The position numbers and the translations under genes are program-made. Shown piece after piece: positions 27,701 through 41,005 of a DNA stretch of 64,000 nt (the first letter of the stretch is position 1; each line of letters opens with the position of its first letter). The stretch spans positions 7,874,001-7,938,000 of the forward strand of contig CM102289.1 in assembly GCA_046563655.1 (NCBI GenBank). The letters are read 5' to 3'. The notes under the pieces were generated by a model that saw only the letters and a program-made list of their open reading frames with translations, did not search any database and was not told the origin of the DNA. The DNA is from Yuukianura sp. NJ FZ-2021 (taxonomy: Eukaryota).

Positions 27701-30700
27701 CTTTAGTTAATTGCATGTCCTGCAACCTGGATCTACTTTGCTCTTGCAAAAAACGGACTTTTTGGTTATAATCTTGTAAACAATGAAGAAAAGATTAGCA
27801 CTCAACAATGGAAATTTTCTCAAGATTTTGATCTTCTTAAGTGATACACGTGCATGAATTTCTAAAAAAAATTGAAATTGAATTTCCAAAAATTGAAAAG
27901 TTCTCAACTTACACCCAGCATAACCCTATAATTTGGAGTTAAATTTTAATAAAAAGTAATTAAGTTTAGGTTATTAATTGAGTACTGAGATTACCTGATT
28001 TGACATTGACGTGTTTGACTTCGTATTCCTCCACCGCATAATCTAGAACAAGGACTCCATGATGACCAACCGCTCCAATTTCCCTCCTTTTTATTTTTAA
28101 GTTTCAACTGCAAAAAATTTCCAAAAATCCAATTTTGATATGTTTTTTCTTCAAATTTTAAAGTTGCCGAAAGCACTTTGATTCAAGTCCATTTCAGGCA
28201 CATATTTGGAACAAAAACGGATGAGGAGTTAACACAAATGGAAAAGCTTTTTGACATTTTCGTAGGTCAATGACCTTTCGCCTGTCCGTTAGAATGATTG
28301 ATGTCTAAATTTATCAATCTGGATTAGGGAATGATTGCATGGCCATTTTTGGACTAAAAACAAGTTTGGCCTTCTACAGTTTATGTTTGGTTAGGCGCAA
28401 TATTTTAAAAAAGGAGCATGACTCAACACATCGTTTGTCGGCTCACTGTCCAGTGGTTTAAATTACTGAATTTGATCGACAGAACAATTTAACACAAAAC
28501 AGACATTTAAGCATTAAATGTCTGCATTTTCTTTAGCTTTCTTTAGCCTGGCTAAACGTCTGGTGCAGTTTCACGTCACATTTGCAATCCTTGCGCCTGC
28601 ACTAACAGCTTTATCATAAATTTGGTTTTCGCCAAAAAGATTTGCATGTGCCAATTGCCGCAATTTAGCGTCAATTAGCCAAGGAGTTTCTGTTTTTAGC
28701 AACTTCTTGACCTTTAAATTCAAGAAATATTGCAATTGTGAGCACTCAACATTTCTATTTTTTCTTTTGAAAAAGGAGAAATACGACGCCTTGAATTGCT
28801 TGTTTAGTCTAGTTTTGCTCTAGTTGGCCATATTTTAGTCAAAATGAACCTTGAACTTTGACTTATCCTGGTTCTAGTACATAACTAAACTAAGGAGTGA
28901 ATCAATTGTTTTGCAAAATGGATTTATAAAGAGTTGTTTTAGAGCTATTTAGTACATTTGAGCTATCTGAACTCAAAGTGCTGGATACTCAACTGTCTCA
29001 TCTCAAAACACTTACCACTTCCAGCATTAATCTTTCTTTGCTAATAAATTTGGCTCTTTGCCATTCTACACTTTACGTCGTTGACAGGCAAATGATCTTC
29101 AAGTTACAACTTTAGAGCTTTGGTAAACCAAGTAGCGGATAAGTGGGAGCTTAACGGCATTATAACAAATCCATAAATTTATTGAAAAAAATAAGTAAAG
29201 TCAAATATGGTAAAATTTATAATAAAATTTTACCTGTTTGATGTCTCTCCGCAAAGATGAGGATGATCCAGGAAATACGCCAATGAAAACAAGGACTAGA
29301 AATCCAATAACCGTAATTCTGAAATTCAAAACATAATTTTCAAATTAGTCAACTTTTTTGACAAAGATCAAAGAAAAGTAAAAGCATTACACAGCACGCT
29401 AGCGAATTGTACCGAAAACTTTGATCTTTGATTTCCAAGCAACGTAGCTGAACGATTTCAGTTGACTTTCAATTTGCACTTTGAGCACTTCTTGTGAAAT
29501 TGACTTTTGAAAATACTTGAGTTGACATGACCCTTGTGTCAACAGGAAAAAGTCGTTCTTGAGAACGCAATTTCATTTTGAAATTGAATAAAACGTGATG
29601 ATTGATGGATTATGCTCAAAAAATCATTTTCCTTTTTGTCCAGTTTCGCTCCAAAATCGATTTTTATTATCCAAACTTCAAGACTTTGACGCTTTCTCTT
29701 TTCCTATTGAGATTTTTTTATTGAAATATTTTTCCTGTCAACGTTGTTCAACGCTTTCTCCGGGTACTAAGCGTTTCCTGTAATGGAAAACCGACATAAC
29801 TTGAGTTCTTCCAGACACTAAGATTCCTCTGGATTGACAAACTGCACACCGTTTCTCCAGAAAAGGAAAGATTTTATTACCCGTTGCATTTTATTGTTGT
29901 GTAACATCGGGTGTTTTGGAATTGTGTATTTTCTGCGATTTAGAAACTATTTCAATACATGGGGTGGGCAAGAGAGGGTCATTTGAAGTCAAAGTAAATT
30001 AGTGAAAGTATTTCAAAACTTCCCTTTTTGCTAAACGACCCAACGAAAATGGATTTCCTGGATAGCTGGACAAACTTTTGTCATATCCTCTTTCCTTTTC
30101 TCAGAAAAAAAGCAACAACATTTGTTTTTTCCTAATAAAGGCTAAGTGGATTCATGTAATACAGTTGGATGATGATATGCCCAAACAAGTGGAAGTTATT
30201 GAGGGTACTTAGCAAGAATTCGTTTCTTTTACCAAAAATTATTGTCACATACTCCAGTATTGGATTTTGAGTGCTCTGGAAGTCGAGTATGACAGAAAGA
30301 GAAGGTCAAAGGTCAAATTGGTAAGACAAATCCGTTTTACAGGAACCTTGGAATAGACGCAGTTTTGGAATGTTAAAATTTTCATACAAAAGCGTAGCAA
30401 ATGATGCATACTTTTTTTAACAAGTAGGAAGTGAAGTAAATAAATAAATATTGGAGATATTAATCTTCATCTTCGGTGGATGCAGTGTGTCGATGACGCT
30501 GTGATGGATGCTGCGTATGTCAAAATATTTGTACTTTTGTACGCATTTTCACTGTCAAAGTTTTGGCAAGCAGAGCTACACAGGAACAAAGTAAGAAAGT
30601 TTGAAAATGTGTAGTGCTTAGAAAGTGTTGATGAAAACTTTTAGTTTTTGATGAAAATTGTTGTTTTGATACCTAAATGCTTGTGCACATTCGGTAGCAA

Positions 30701-33700
30701 AAAAAAACGAATTTGATGAATTTTTAGTCTTCTGGAGACGCATGTCTACGACATGCTGAAGAAGACTATTGATACGACTTTGTCTGTCTGTCCGTCCGTC
30801 TGTCACGTTTTTTAGAATCCTTTCCACTGAAACATTAGCCCCATCGCAGTCGGGGGGTTATCTATAGCTCAAGTTTTTTCATTACCTCTACATTGCACTC
30901 AAACTCGTACAATAACAACGTAGAAGCAGGCGGCTACTTTACGTACCCGCAGTATCGTGGCTCCGCAAAACTGTTTTAGTTTCGATTGCACTCACAATAT
31001 TTATAAACAACGGAGTTTTGATCTGGTCATTTTCTGGCAGTATGTTTAATTACGTTGTTAAATTAACACTGATCAGAGGGTAGAAAATCCGGCTTAAATG
31101 TTTAATATGTGAATAGTGCATAACATGGGTCAAATTTGCATTCACAAGAAAGTTTTGATTTTAAAGAAACGATATTCGACCCCTACCTCAGAACGTACAA
31201 TTTTGTGCATGATGCAATGGGTCTTTGCATTTACTAGAAATTTTTATAATTTTGATTTTAACAGGCGATATTCGACCCCTCACTCCAGCGTTTATTTTTG
31301 TGCACGTTGCACACCAATAGGGATACATAAACGTTGAATTGTGCATTTACATAAACCAATTTTGATTTTTAGGAAACGACATTCGACACCTCCCCCCTAA
31401 CGTTCAATTTTGTGCACGATGCACACAACTGAAAGTTTTGTGCATGGTTGAGAACAATTATTGTGCATCAAAATAATTTTGAACAGAGTCAAATCTGAGC
31501 CCAATTTGAACAACATTATGAGTTAAGTTAACGCTGTTAATTATAATTTATAATGTATTGCCATGGCAACATCGATAACACATTGTGTGTATCTTGCTCA
31601 ACAAATTAACAGCCTCAATTCAGTGCAGATATTGTGGCCCTCAAAACTGAAACATGACTTTGGTGCAATTAAACTGTAAAATTGCCAACCCAATTTTGGC
31701 GCAGCTCATGCACAAAATAGCACTTCACATCCACACTAAAATATTTAGCGACGTTTCAGAGCATCAATTCGATAAAAACGGCCTCTCATTTCTTCGGCCT
31801 CTCATACTTTTGAGGCAAGCCGGTTTAAAGTCGCATCAATTGTCAACCACCTCCAGAAGACCTATGCTCAACCCTTGAGCATTGCCCTACCTTGTTTTGG
31901 GGAACGTTCGATATTCATGCACAATTGCCCGAAAACACTGCAGGATTGTGCATTTTGGCTGGTGCCTTTTTTGCAGTGAGCAAAATTTCTATCAAGTGTG
32001 AATAGCAAATTTTTTTTGTAAAATTCTAGTAAACATTTTTGCGGCTCGGTTTCAAAACTAGTGCTACTGTGCAACTTTGCTAGCACAAGTAAGCGTAAAA
32101 ATTGTGCAAATTGGTAAACTTGTACCGTGCCTCATGGAGTAATTTGTTGGAAATAAAAATTGTACGCTTTGAAGCAACCAAAATTTTAATGGGGGCTGCT
32201 CTAACCTAAGATGCGCCCGAACCGGAAAAAGTTTGTGCATAAAATCAACTGAATTGCTGTTGTGGTGCACAATTTAAACAACATCTCTTGTGCATTGCAA
32301 CCGAGGAGAGGATGCGATTGTGCATAATTCAAAACACAAAAATGAATTGTACGCAAGTCTTGTGCAACTGCTGTGCAACTGTCAAACACATACACATTCA
32401 TGTAAGTCGTTGGTTTACTAGTTGTATGCACATTTCCCAGGAATTGCAAACATGTTGTAAATATGCTAAACACAGCCAACCACCAACTTCCTAATAACCA
32501 CCGAATTGTGCAAACGTTGCAACTTCAATGACGGTAAACATGTAAACTTTAGTCGGTTTGCCAAAGAAAAACCGTTGCGAGCGTCGGCATGACTACAGTT
32601 TTCAGCGGTTTCGAAAAACCGCTCGCTCAACACTGGAAAAAAGGATTAAGAAAAACCATGCTACATTTGAACCTGCACATGTTTTTAAAATAAAACTGTT
32701 TTCGTATAAAAAGAAAGTGTTAAACATTTGTGTCATGGCAACTTGAATTTGACTCCTGAGTTCATAAGATGAGTTTCGGTATAAAAAATCTTTTTTTTTT
32801 TTGGAATTTGGTAATTTGAAAATTTTGGCAATATGACTCCTTGAGGATTCATGTTTCGTGAAATATTTACAGAATTTGACTTACTTATCTTCCCACTTCT
32901 TCTTACCTATAAAAAATCCATTAATTTCTACGTTAGTACAAAGTGATTGAACACGAATCGTGATTTAATCCGGTCTATGTTTATAGTAAACGAAAAAACG
33001 CATGAGCAATAAATCATTTCAAGATCTCTTCCGGATTCGCCTCTTTTTATATAAAAATTCAGCGAATCAAAGCTCCAATGAAGTTTAATTTTCTCACTTT
33101 TATCCAAACAAAACAAACGGAATTTGTAATTAACTAGGTTCGCACTGCAAACAACTCCATTTTCCTGAACTCACTGAATTTTGCACTCGTGGAATTAGTT
33201 TTTGCGGATGTAACTCTTCCAATTCAGCAGCAACAACTGTTTTTTCTCTCCTCCGCCCACCAAATTGAGACATTCTCAAAAAAAAAAACGTATCAAAACA
33301 TAATTAATTTATCCGGCTTCCAAAAGTAGTCTATTGTCCTTGTACTGGAGACAGGAGTAACAAATTATAGGGTGTCCAAGTAGATTTCAGCACGATATCC
33401 CATTGTATTCAAATTGAAATGTTTTTTCTCCAAAATTTCATTTCCAAATGTAGAAGTTTTACAGAATTTCAGCAAAAAGTGTAAATACAAAAACCGAAAG
33501 AGTATGTGGGCATGTGCAGAAAGTTCAAATGTGTGAATCAGATTAGTTTTGTGGCAAAAAGAAAGTCAGCATTTCACAAAATTTTGAACTTTGACTTAAA
33601 GCGACGGTTGTAAAAATTTTGCGACCAAATTAAAACCATTTTAGATTTGAAAAATGTGACTGCCGTTTATTTTTCAAACCACGTGACATGTTTTTACGAT

Positions 33701-36312
33701 CTCCACAAGCATTCTACAGAGGAAATGTTCAACTTAAGTCAATTGAGCGTTGGTTTTCTCTGTAATAAAAAATTATTAATGCGACAGTACAAAAGTCCCT
33801 CGGCCAAAAAGTGTGCCAAATCTGTTCGGCTTTTTAAACATTTTTTTCCCGTTCTTTTTTTTTTTGAAAAATTAAAAAGAGTTAATAAAGAACTCACTTA
33901 TGCTGCTTGTTTTCGCACTTCCGAAATGATCATAATAGCTATCAATAATTCAGTTTCTTGTAGAACATCGTAAGGATTTAACGTGCACTAAAAGCACCAA
34001 AACCGAAAACAGATTACGCAAAATTTTGAAATTTTGCCAAACTCATCAATCTGTTAAATTGCACGAAACAAAAGTCTTGGCCAAAAGAAATTTTACAAAA
34101 GTCAAAAAGAAATCATTCAATCGGACATCAAAAGCCAAAATTCTGAGCCATTTTTTGCAGTTCAATCTTGAAGTATTGCATGTACGTGCGTTTTTTATAA
34201 TCAAAAAGTGTTAAATGTTAACAATCTCGTTAACAATCTTTGTTTTGTTTTAACGCCTCTTCATCTTTGGTGGCATAGGCATGTAATTAACAGTTTTGCG
34301 TAACTTGGCTACCTCCAAAGAAGTAGTAATTGGCTCAACAGTTGATCTTGTCATTTTCCATTCAAAATCACTGCACAAGATGAGCGAAAACATAAAATTC
34401 TGCTTGTCTATGTGAGTAGTTAATCAAAAAATCTTATATTAAAACCGGTTGCTGAAATAATGATTATCTTTGTTTTCTCAAATTGCAATTTTGATTTAAA
34501 ATGAAAAAGAATTGTCCAAAAAGAACCAATTTAAAATAAAAAGAGGTATTTCTTCTTGCAAAGCTTTTGGTTGACGCGTCGTTTAGTTCAATTTCTTTTC
34601 TGTAGCTACTAGGCTGGTTTTTTTGTGTGGATCTGTGAGAGATGTACAGTGAGTGCCACGAAAACCTGCACACCTCAAAAGCAGCTTTTTGTTTATTTTG
34701 CTAAATTGTGGGGGGAAAATGGTTTCATGAAAACAGCCGAAATCATAATTTTGCAACAGATTCAAGGTTTTCAGCGCAAAAGTTACGTTTCGCCTCCATA
34801 ATTTTAGTTGTTGCCAGGGAAACAGATTTGGGGTGTGCAGGTTTTCGTGGCACTCACTGTATTATTGTAAAAGACTTCAAAGGAAGAGTTAAAAAGTATT
34901 GCATAATATATACAAAGTTCGCACTTTATTAAGTACGGCTGAATGGGGTTCATCACTCTACTCCTTCTTTTCCTTGCGACCCGGTTTATCACTGTTGATT
35001 TAAAAAATGAACAAGTCCAGAATGATAAACGGACAGGTTTTTTTCCCTCTTTTTTTTTGGAAAAACATTTTAAAACAAAGTCCTAAGCTTAGATATTTGA
35101 CATCTTTAAGCTTTTCATACAAAAACCGCAGCAAACCAAAGTTTGTTCTCAGACATCGCGTCGATTTGAAAAATAACCTTTGACTTGAAAGTTTTACAGA
35201 AAGTTTGAGTCAAAAGTCCGGATTTTGATGTCATCGTCGCAAATTGTAGTTTCGTAAGTCTTAAAATTTTTTTCACTCTTTCTAAAAGTGTAAAAACGCA
35301 ATGAAAAATATCTGTCGCAACTTAACGCAAACCTTAAATTTCAGAACTGATGAAAAACGAGTTTTATCCAATCTTTTAAGCGAAAGCAGCAAAACATTTT
35401 CGTGTGTAATATAGAATTTTTGAATTAAAATTTCTTCGTTATTGTCACGGCTTAGGGTGAAGCGTTACACATGAAAGTCATTTGACAGCACGGATTGAAA
35501 TTGAAATCGACAAAACGAGAAACAGCTTTTCAAAAACGAAAATGTTCACAGTACAGCATAGAGCTTAGTCGCTTTGACGCCGTTTGTGCCATGTTTGCCT
35601 TTCGGAACAGACAAATGTCAGTTTGTGTTGCTAAAGGTCAAGGCACTTATGAAATGCATTACATTTTACACGAATGGCATAACCTTACGAACAAACATAC
35701 TCGAGAAGGTCAATTTCTCAATTCTTTCAAAAGTTTGCACATTAGTACTTCCAGGAAAATGCTGGAGCCTTAACAGAGACGCATCGAAAGTCGTCAACGA
35801 TCGACTTGATACGATCCAGACCGATATTTGGATTGACGAGAGTCATTTGCTGGTGGAAGTTGAATGGGGTTGACTTTGCATTATGGCAAACCATTATTTG
35901 CCCCCACTCTCCCCCGCCCCAAACGACACACGTCCCCCCATTCCCGCCCTCAGAAGTTAATGACTCGAGTTAAAAAATTAGCATTCTGGAACCATTACTT
36001 TTCAAACGGTAGCTCACTTCACCTCCGATTCCAGTATTCCGACATGCACTCTTGCACGACGTTGCATAAATTCTACGAATTCAAACAATTCTAAAATGTC
36101 ATCAGTCCAGCTGAATTCTAAATTCCGAAAACGGCTAAAAAATCATTCGAAAAAATCACACAAAGAAAGAAAAAATTTTCAGTCTAAAAGAGACAAATCA
36201 TTTTCACTTAAAAAAAATCCCCAAGCGTTCGTCTGAATTTGAGAAAAACTAAATTTTAAAAAGTTTTCGAAAAGAAGAAGAATTCTTACCGTGATAATCG
36301 CAGCCACTCCAT
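9748..36312 (-). CDS. ADAMTS-like / THSD4 (lonely heart-type) extracellular matrix protein: signal peptide, TSR, Cys-rich, spacer, multiple TSRs, PLAC
   Basis: Exons (approximate) 36290-36312 (MEWLRLSR), 29234-29319 (signal peptide), 27995-28107 ([17 protein letters not shown]), 26459-26571, 25314-25418, 24789-24946 (NPCSLTC..VIDGTPC), 13756-13870 ([17 protein letters not shown]), 12778-12870, 11597-12209 (spacer YILNGNW..PGIKYEY), 11392-11525, 11114-11320, 10612-11052, 10335-10517, 9929-10256, 9748-9858 ([26 protein letters not shown]). No metalloprotease domain seen. Confidence 0.88.
16893..16920. repeat. Perfect 13-bp stem-loop, probable 3' end of a Helentron-like repeat remnant
   Basis: aggtctttcgtta-gt-taacgaaagacct, preceded by an (AAAAC)n tract. 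The hairpin is seen directly; the element assignment is inference. Confidence 0.45.
30740..30870 (+). mobile_element. Short DINE-1/Helentron-like remnant
   Basis: tgtctgtctgtccgtccgtctgtcac microsatellite followed by a GC stem cccc..gggg (~30839-30857). The same CTGT signature occurs at ~5540, ~58630-58708 and window position 1. Confidence 0.4.
31150..31430. repeat. Three degenerate direct repeats (period 96-111 bp)
   Basis: Core ga(t/c)attcgac(c/a)cct at 31171, 31267 and 31378, each preceded by ttttgatttt and followed by ttttgtgca. Confidence 0.8.
34647..34859. mobile_element. Tc1/mariner-type MITE (213 bp) in the first ADAMTSL intron
   Basis: Perfect 28-bp terminal inverted repeats CAGTGAGTGCCACGAAAACCTGCACACC with CAGT..ACTG termini and TA on both sides (34645-34646, 34860-34861); no ORF. 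Confidence 0.9.
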
Positions 36313-37569
36313 GATCTTAAACTCCTGTTTTCCTCCGGATTTCGGCGGTCAAAAGTTATCTTCATTCATGTCACATTAAATCAATGTTCTAGAAAAAATT
36401 TCTTCAAAATTGCAAATTTTAAAAAATTTGAACTACTTAAAGGATGCCGACGCTAGAAATGACAACAGTCCAAATGGGAATTCCTTGCGGAACAATAGGA
36501 TTCACCAGTTGAACTCAAAGCAGCCGAAACAAAACTGTCACAAGCATTTATCCATTGTTTGCAAATTCCAAACCGACGAAATCAATTCAATTGTAAGCAA
36601 TCCGTCGTTTCAAAATTTCAAGCAAGACTAATACCTACTTAATTGTCCTTGACACCTGAATCACACTGTCCAAAGTTATTGAAAAATAGCACCTAATTGA
36701 TTCCACACTGGATCGTGTCCCGCCAAAAACTAAATTGTCAACTGTCACTGATCAAAATCAAAATTCCACTGACACATGCATAAATTTTAGTCTAACGAAG
36801 ATTAATTTTTAAAGTTCCGAGATTAATTCCAACTTTTTTTTTCAAATTGAACTTGAAAGGTCAACCGCAATGCATTTTCGTCTTGTGTGGCGTTCGCCAA
36901 AGGTCACAACAAATCCAGTTCCTGTCAAAAGATATCCCGAAGTAATGAAATTGACTTTGTTCGATTGACACAAATGATAGACGAGATTTATGACATGATG
37001 ACGCGAGGACAGTCAGAGATCAAATGAGAGTTTAGGAGTGAGATTTCCCTTGTCCATGATCTCCCACACTCTAGGGTAACAAGGTGCCTTTCAGCCTTGT
37101 GCAAAGTGAAAACAAAACGGAGAAGAGGAAAGTGAGTCAATTCTGGAGGAAAGTGACGCCACTTAGGGTGCATAAAAATTGAACAAAAAAAATCAGTTTT
37201 TAAATCATTTTTTTAAACATTGAACTAATTGAGTTTGAGTTTTTAAAAAAGTAACTTCATGATTCACTTGAAAATGTTGGCAGTTGTTGGCAGATTTTGG
37301 CTTCTATTTGTTGCAGTGAATTTCGGAGTTTATGAGTTTCCGGCTCGCCAGGAAGGAGTGCCACTATGGAATGAAAATTCATTTTGGATTTTAATTACAC
37401 TTTAATTAAAAGTTATAATTATGTTGAATATAAAATGTTAGATCTTATGACTTACAGTTTTGGAATTGCAGTAAGAGTTGGTCCAGGTTTGAACAGTTGA
37501 GGCGTGGGAACACGAGACTGGCGATGTAGATTCATTGGATTTTGTTTCAATTCTTGACGAACAGTGGCC

Positions 37570-40266
37570 TCAATGGCTTCCAATTGACGAAGATTCTGTC
37601 TCATTTCGATTCCTTTGGTCATCCGGGTTACTTGTGATGGAAGCTTGATTTTCGAAATCTAAAAAACCAAAATACTTAACAAAAAATTGTTCTGTTTTTA
37701 ATTTTGATTACTATGAGTTCGTACTCTTTGCTTGGCTTCTTCGGTTGACAGAAATCCTTTCCTCTTCTGATTCTCTTTGCGCTGAATTGCATTGCGTCTT
37801 GCCACCACAATTGACTCGTCACGGCTTCTACAAAATTGTTTTAAAAAAAACACATTCATCATGTATTTTGCAGACATTTTAAGTTTTTATTGTGTACTTA
37901 CCGGTAGAATGCCAACATTTTCTCACTGGCCGTTCGCTTCAGCAATTGCACAGGAACCGTGACTTCGGAAGCGACTGATGACGTGTCATCAAAAGAGACT
38001 GCTTTGATTGATGGATCTGAACGTTTTGCAACAACCAAAGTCTTGGCTTCACTTTGTTCCGGTTTGGCTTCTGAGTTAATTTTGTCCGACTCCTCGGTGA
38101 TCAAGTCGGTTTCAGTATCGTTGATTCCAGCATTGTCAACTGGAGATTCGGAGAATACACCGGAAGAAGGCGTTGGAGAAACTGCGACGGCTGCTTGCTC
38201 TATGACATCACCCACAGACGTGGAAGAACTGGCGACATTGCTCTCGACCTTGCCCATGTCCGTCTTCCGCAGGTCAATCCCCAGTGATAAACGGCTTTTC
38301 GTTAGAACTTGTCTAACTTGATGTGTTGGTGGAAGCAATTTGACCAACTTCTCTTTTGTCATCTGAAGACTCTGGCCAAGTTTGATTGTTCGAGTTGGAC
38401 CGTCCGGGTCACGCAGCAAATCGTTTTCTATCTCCAACTTTTTAATTTCCGGCTTCTTGGATTTCTGTATTAAAAATTAAAATTTCAGCTTCATAGAAAG
38501 TAAAAATTTTAAGAAAATTTTGAGGAGTGGGGAGTACAAACCTTCCAGTCATTGAGAACCATTTTTTCACGTTCTCGTTCAGCTTCGCGTCTGGCTTTGA
38601 CCAATTCATGGTGTGACTTTTGACCTTCAATTTTAGCTTTTGAGTCTTCCTTGGCCATTTTGTACATTTGCTGTCGCTCAAGCGTTTTCTGAATGTTCCA
38701 CTGCTGGACAAAGGTCTTGTTTGCGGCATTCAAAGTTTCGTATTTTTCGTACCACTCGAGATGTGCTGCAATATCCTCCAACTGACGTTCTAAACAAAAG
38801 AATCATACTGTTTTTAAAAAATTCAAAAATTTTAAAAATCTCTATTCATTAAATTGTTTGAATTATCAATATACCTGGACATGCTTTAGAAACTAGCCGC
38901 ACTACTTCAGTTGGTCGGTGCCTCCATTTCAAAAATACTGTGAGAAAAGTGTCATGGTCTTCCTTGTCCCACCCTCCAGTGGCGCCACCGTGTGTTTGCA
39001 GGAAATCGGTGAATTCCTTAGCAGGCCCCTAATATTCATCATCACTATCTTTGTTTAGTTTATAGATATAATAATTATAACTATTATTATAAATTATAAA
39101 ATTATAATTATTATCAATTATGATTTGAAATTACCTTGTTTGGATCATAAGCCATGAGTCGAGTCAGATTTCCCTCTCCGTTATAAACCGACTCCATTTT
39201 GTTCTTGATGGTCTTCCGCTTGCTTTGTCCTGATTGGTCAAACTTGGAGTTCAAAATTTGCAATTTCTGTCGCAGTTCTTGGCCTTTCTTGATTTTGAGC
39301 AGTCCTGATCTAAAAATCAAAAGCATTTATTAAAAAAACATCTAAACATTACTTAAAATATGAAAAGAAGCGAAGACTAACCGACTGGGCTTGGCTAAGT
39401 TTGCGTTCGATTCTGGAGCTTCCAGGTCCGATACCGACCACTTTTTTCCCAGCGTAAGGTTGGTCACCGCTCGAGTCAGTTTTGGTTTGAGCTTAAACTG
39501 TTCCGAATCCGAGTCATCCGAAGCATGAGACAGCATCGCTTCACCTCCACTTCCAGCAGCGTCAGCTTTCACTTTCATTTCTTCTTTGTTCACCTTTAAG
39601 CCATGTTGAGAAAGTTGTTTCAAAGCATTCGGCAATTTGAGGGTTTCGGTCAAAACTGGAAAATAGAACGGCATTAACTTTTCAAAAAAAAAATTTCTTT
39701 TAAAAAAATGAAAAGTTAGCAACCGAACCTGTTCCGGAGCCACGAGGCGAACTCTTGTTCGACTTTTTGCCGGATTCTGCAAACCGGGTTTTCGTCAAAT
39801 GCAAAGTGTCATCAAAACTTCGAATTCCTTTTTCAAAAATCTCCATCTTGTCAAAAGCATTTGAAATTTTTGAATGAATTTCATGATCCAGTCGATTCTT
39901 TTTGCGTTGTTTGACGAGCCCCTTCACTTTTTGTTTCAAATCCCGAACTCTAATGTCATCTTCACTGTCGGAAGATATGATAATATCCGAAGGGCTCTCC
40001 AGAAGACTTCTTCGGAAGAGTCCCGTTCCCTTGTAATCGTCGCCTCCATCAGTAGTTCCAGCATTGAGCATAATGCTATTCACAATGTCGTTTTTCCTGG
40101 ATTCCTTGAAATTTCGTACTTTGGCGTTGTTGTCACCCGATCCTCCCCCTTTTCTGGCTTTCACTCTTTGCATGGATTCCAATTTCGGTAGTTTGAGTCC
40201 CGACGAAAAGTCGGTAGGTTCCTTCTTGAGTCGACGAAAAGCTTCTGGGGCGTTTTCACTTTGCAT
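37570..40266 (-). CDS. CCDC112-like coiled-coil protein (multi-exon; start codon tentative)
   Basis: Exons ~39730-40266, 39382-39656, 39135-39309, 38875-39028, 38542-38789, 37902-38440, 37724-37827, 37570-37658. Motifs FLQTHGGATGGWDKEDHDTFL and HLEWYEKYETLNAANKTFVQQW resemble CCDC112; C-terminus ..GIEMRQNSSSIGSH*. Confidence 0.6.
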
Positions 40267-41005
40267 GATTCCAGGGTTTTGCTGGAGCAAGGTTAAGTCG
40301 ATTGTCAGGTTTGGTCAATGCAATAATGGAAAAGAGGGGAAGAAAGTGAGCGGAGAGTTGGCACTTTAGACGACATCGAATGTTTGTTCAGTTCAAAAGT
40401 CAAGAGTCGTTGCCACGACAACGCCTATATGACTAAACGCATTTATTTTGTCCCTGGAACATAAAGTGAGTTATACAGTACTGAATCTGAATGTCCAATA
40501 CAATTAATTATACGCCATTTTCCTTAAAAGTTAACTCGAGTGACATTTTACATAAGTTCAAACTGAAGTCGTAGGCGCAGGGATGACAGCGCAGGGGGAG
40601 GGGAGGAGGAGGATCTAAATCCGAAACGGGGAAACGTTTACCCAAAAATAATTAATCTTCAGCCACGACGACATTATTCTAAATAAGTCTCAAACTTGAT
40701 GAGTAAAAAAAAATGGTAACGCTACACGGTTCGCTCAAGTCAGTACCAGTATTTACAACTTAAGATTAACTACGATCTAAATAGCAAGAAGATTACATTA
40801 CTTGAGGGAGCCAAGTGTTAAAATCATTGTATTGTTAGACGAATTCAATGAAACCAGAGGAGAGCCAAACCAATTGTCAACGTTGGAGAGTTGATGCTGT
40901 TAAAGATTGTGCGTCAAAGGAGCTGCGATGATTTTGAAATTAGTGCGTCAGGGGAGACCGTTGGTCAGAAGAAACACAAAGGTACTCGATCTACATTCGG
41001 CGTGT

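Noticed and set aside
28500..28524. 11-bp hairpin cagacatttaa-gca-ttaaatgtctg
   Set aside because: AT-rich, isolated and plausible by chance; no element context.
31150..31430. CRISPR-like repeat/spacer appearance
   Set aside because: Only three long, degenerate repeats in a eukaryotic intron, with no cas genes; treated as a decayed tandem repeat.
33367..33390. Mariner-like end tatagggtgtcc
   Set aside because: No matching inverted partner found nearby.
35495..36094. Overlapping plus-strand ORFs in ADAMTSL intron 1
   Set aside because: No family motif, no clear start or splice chain.
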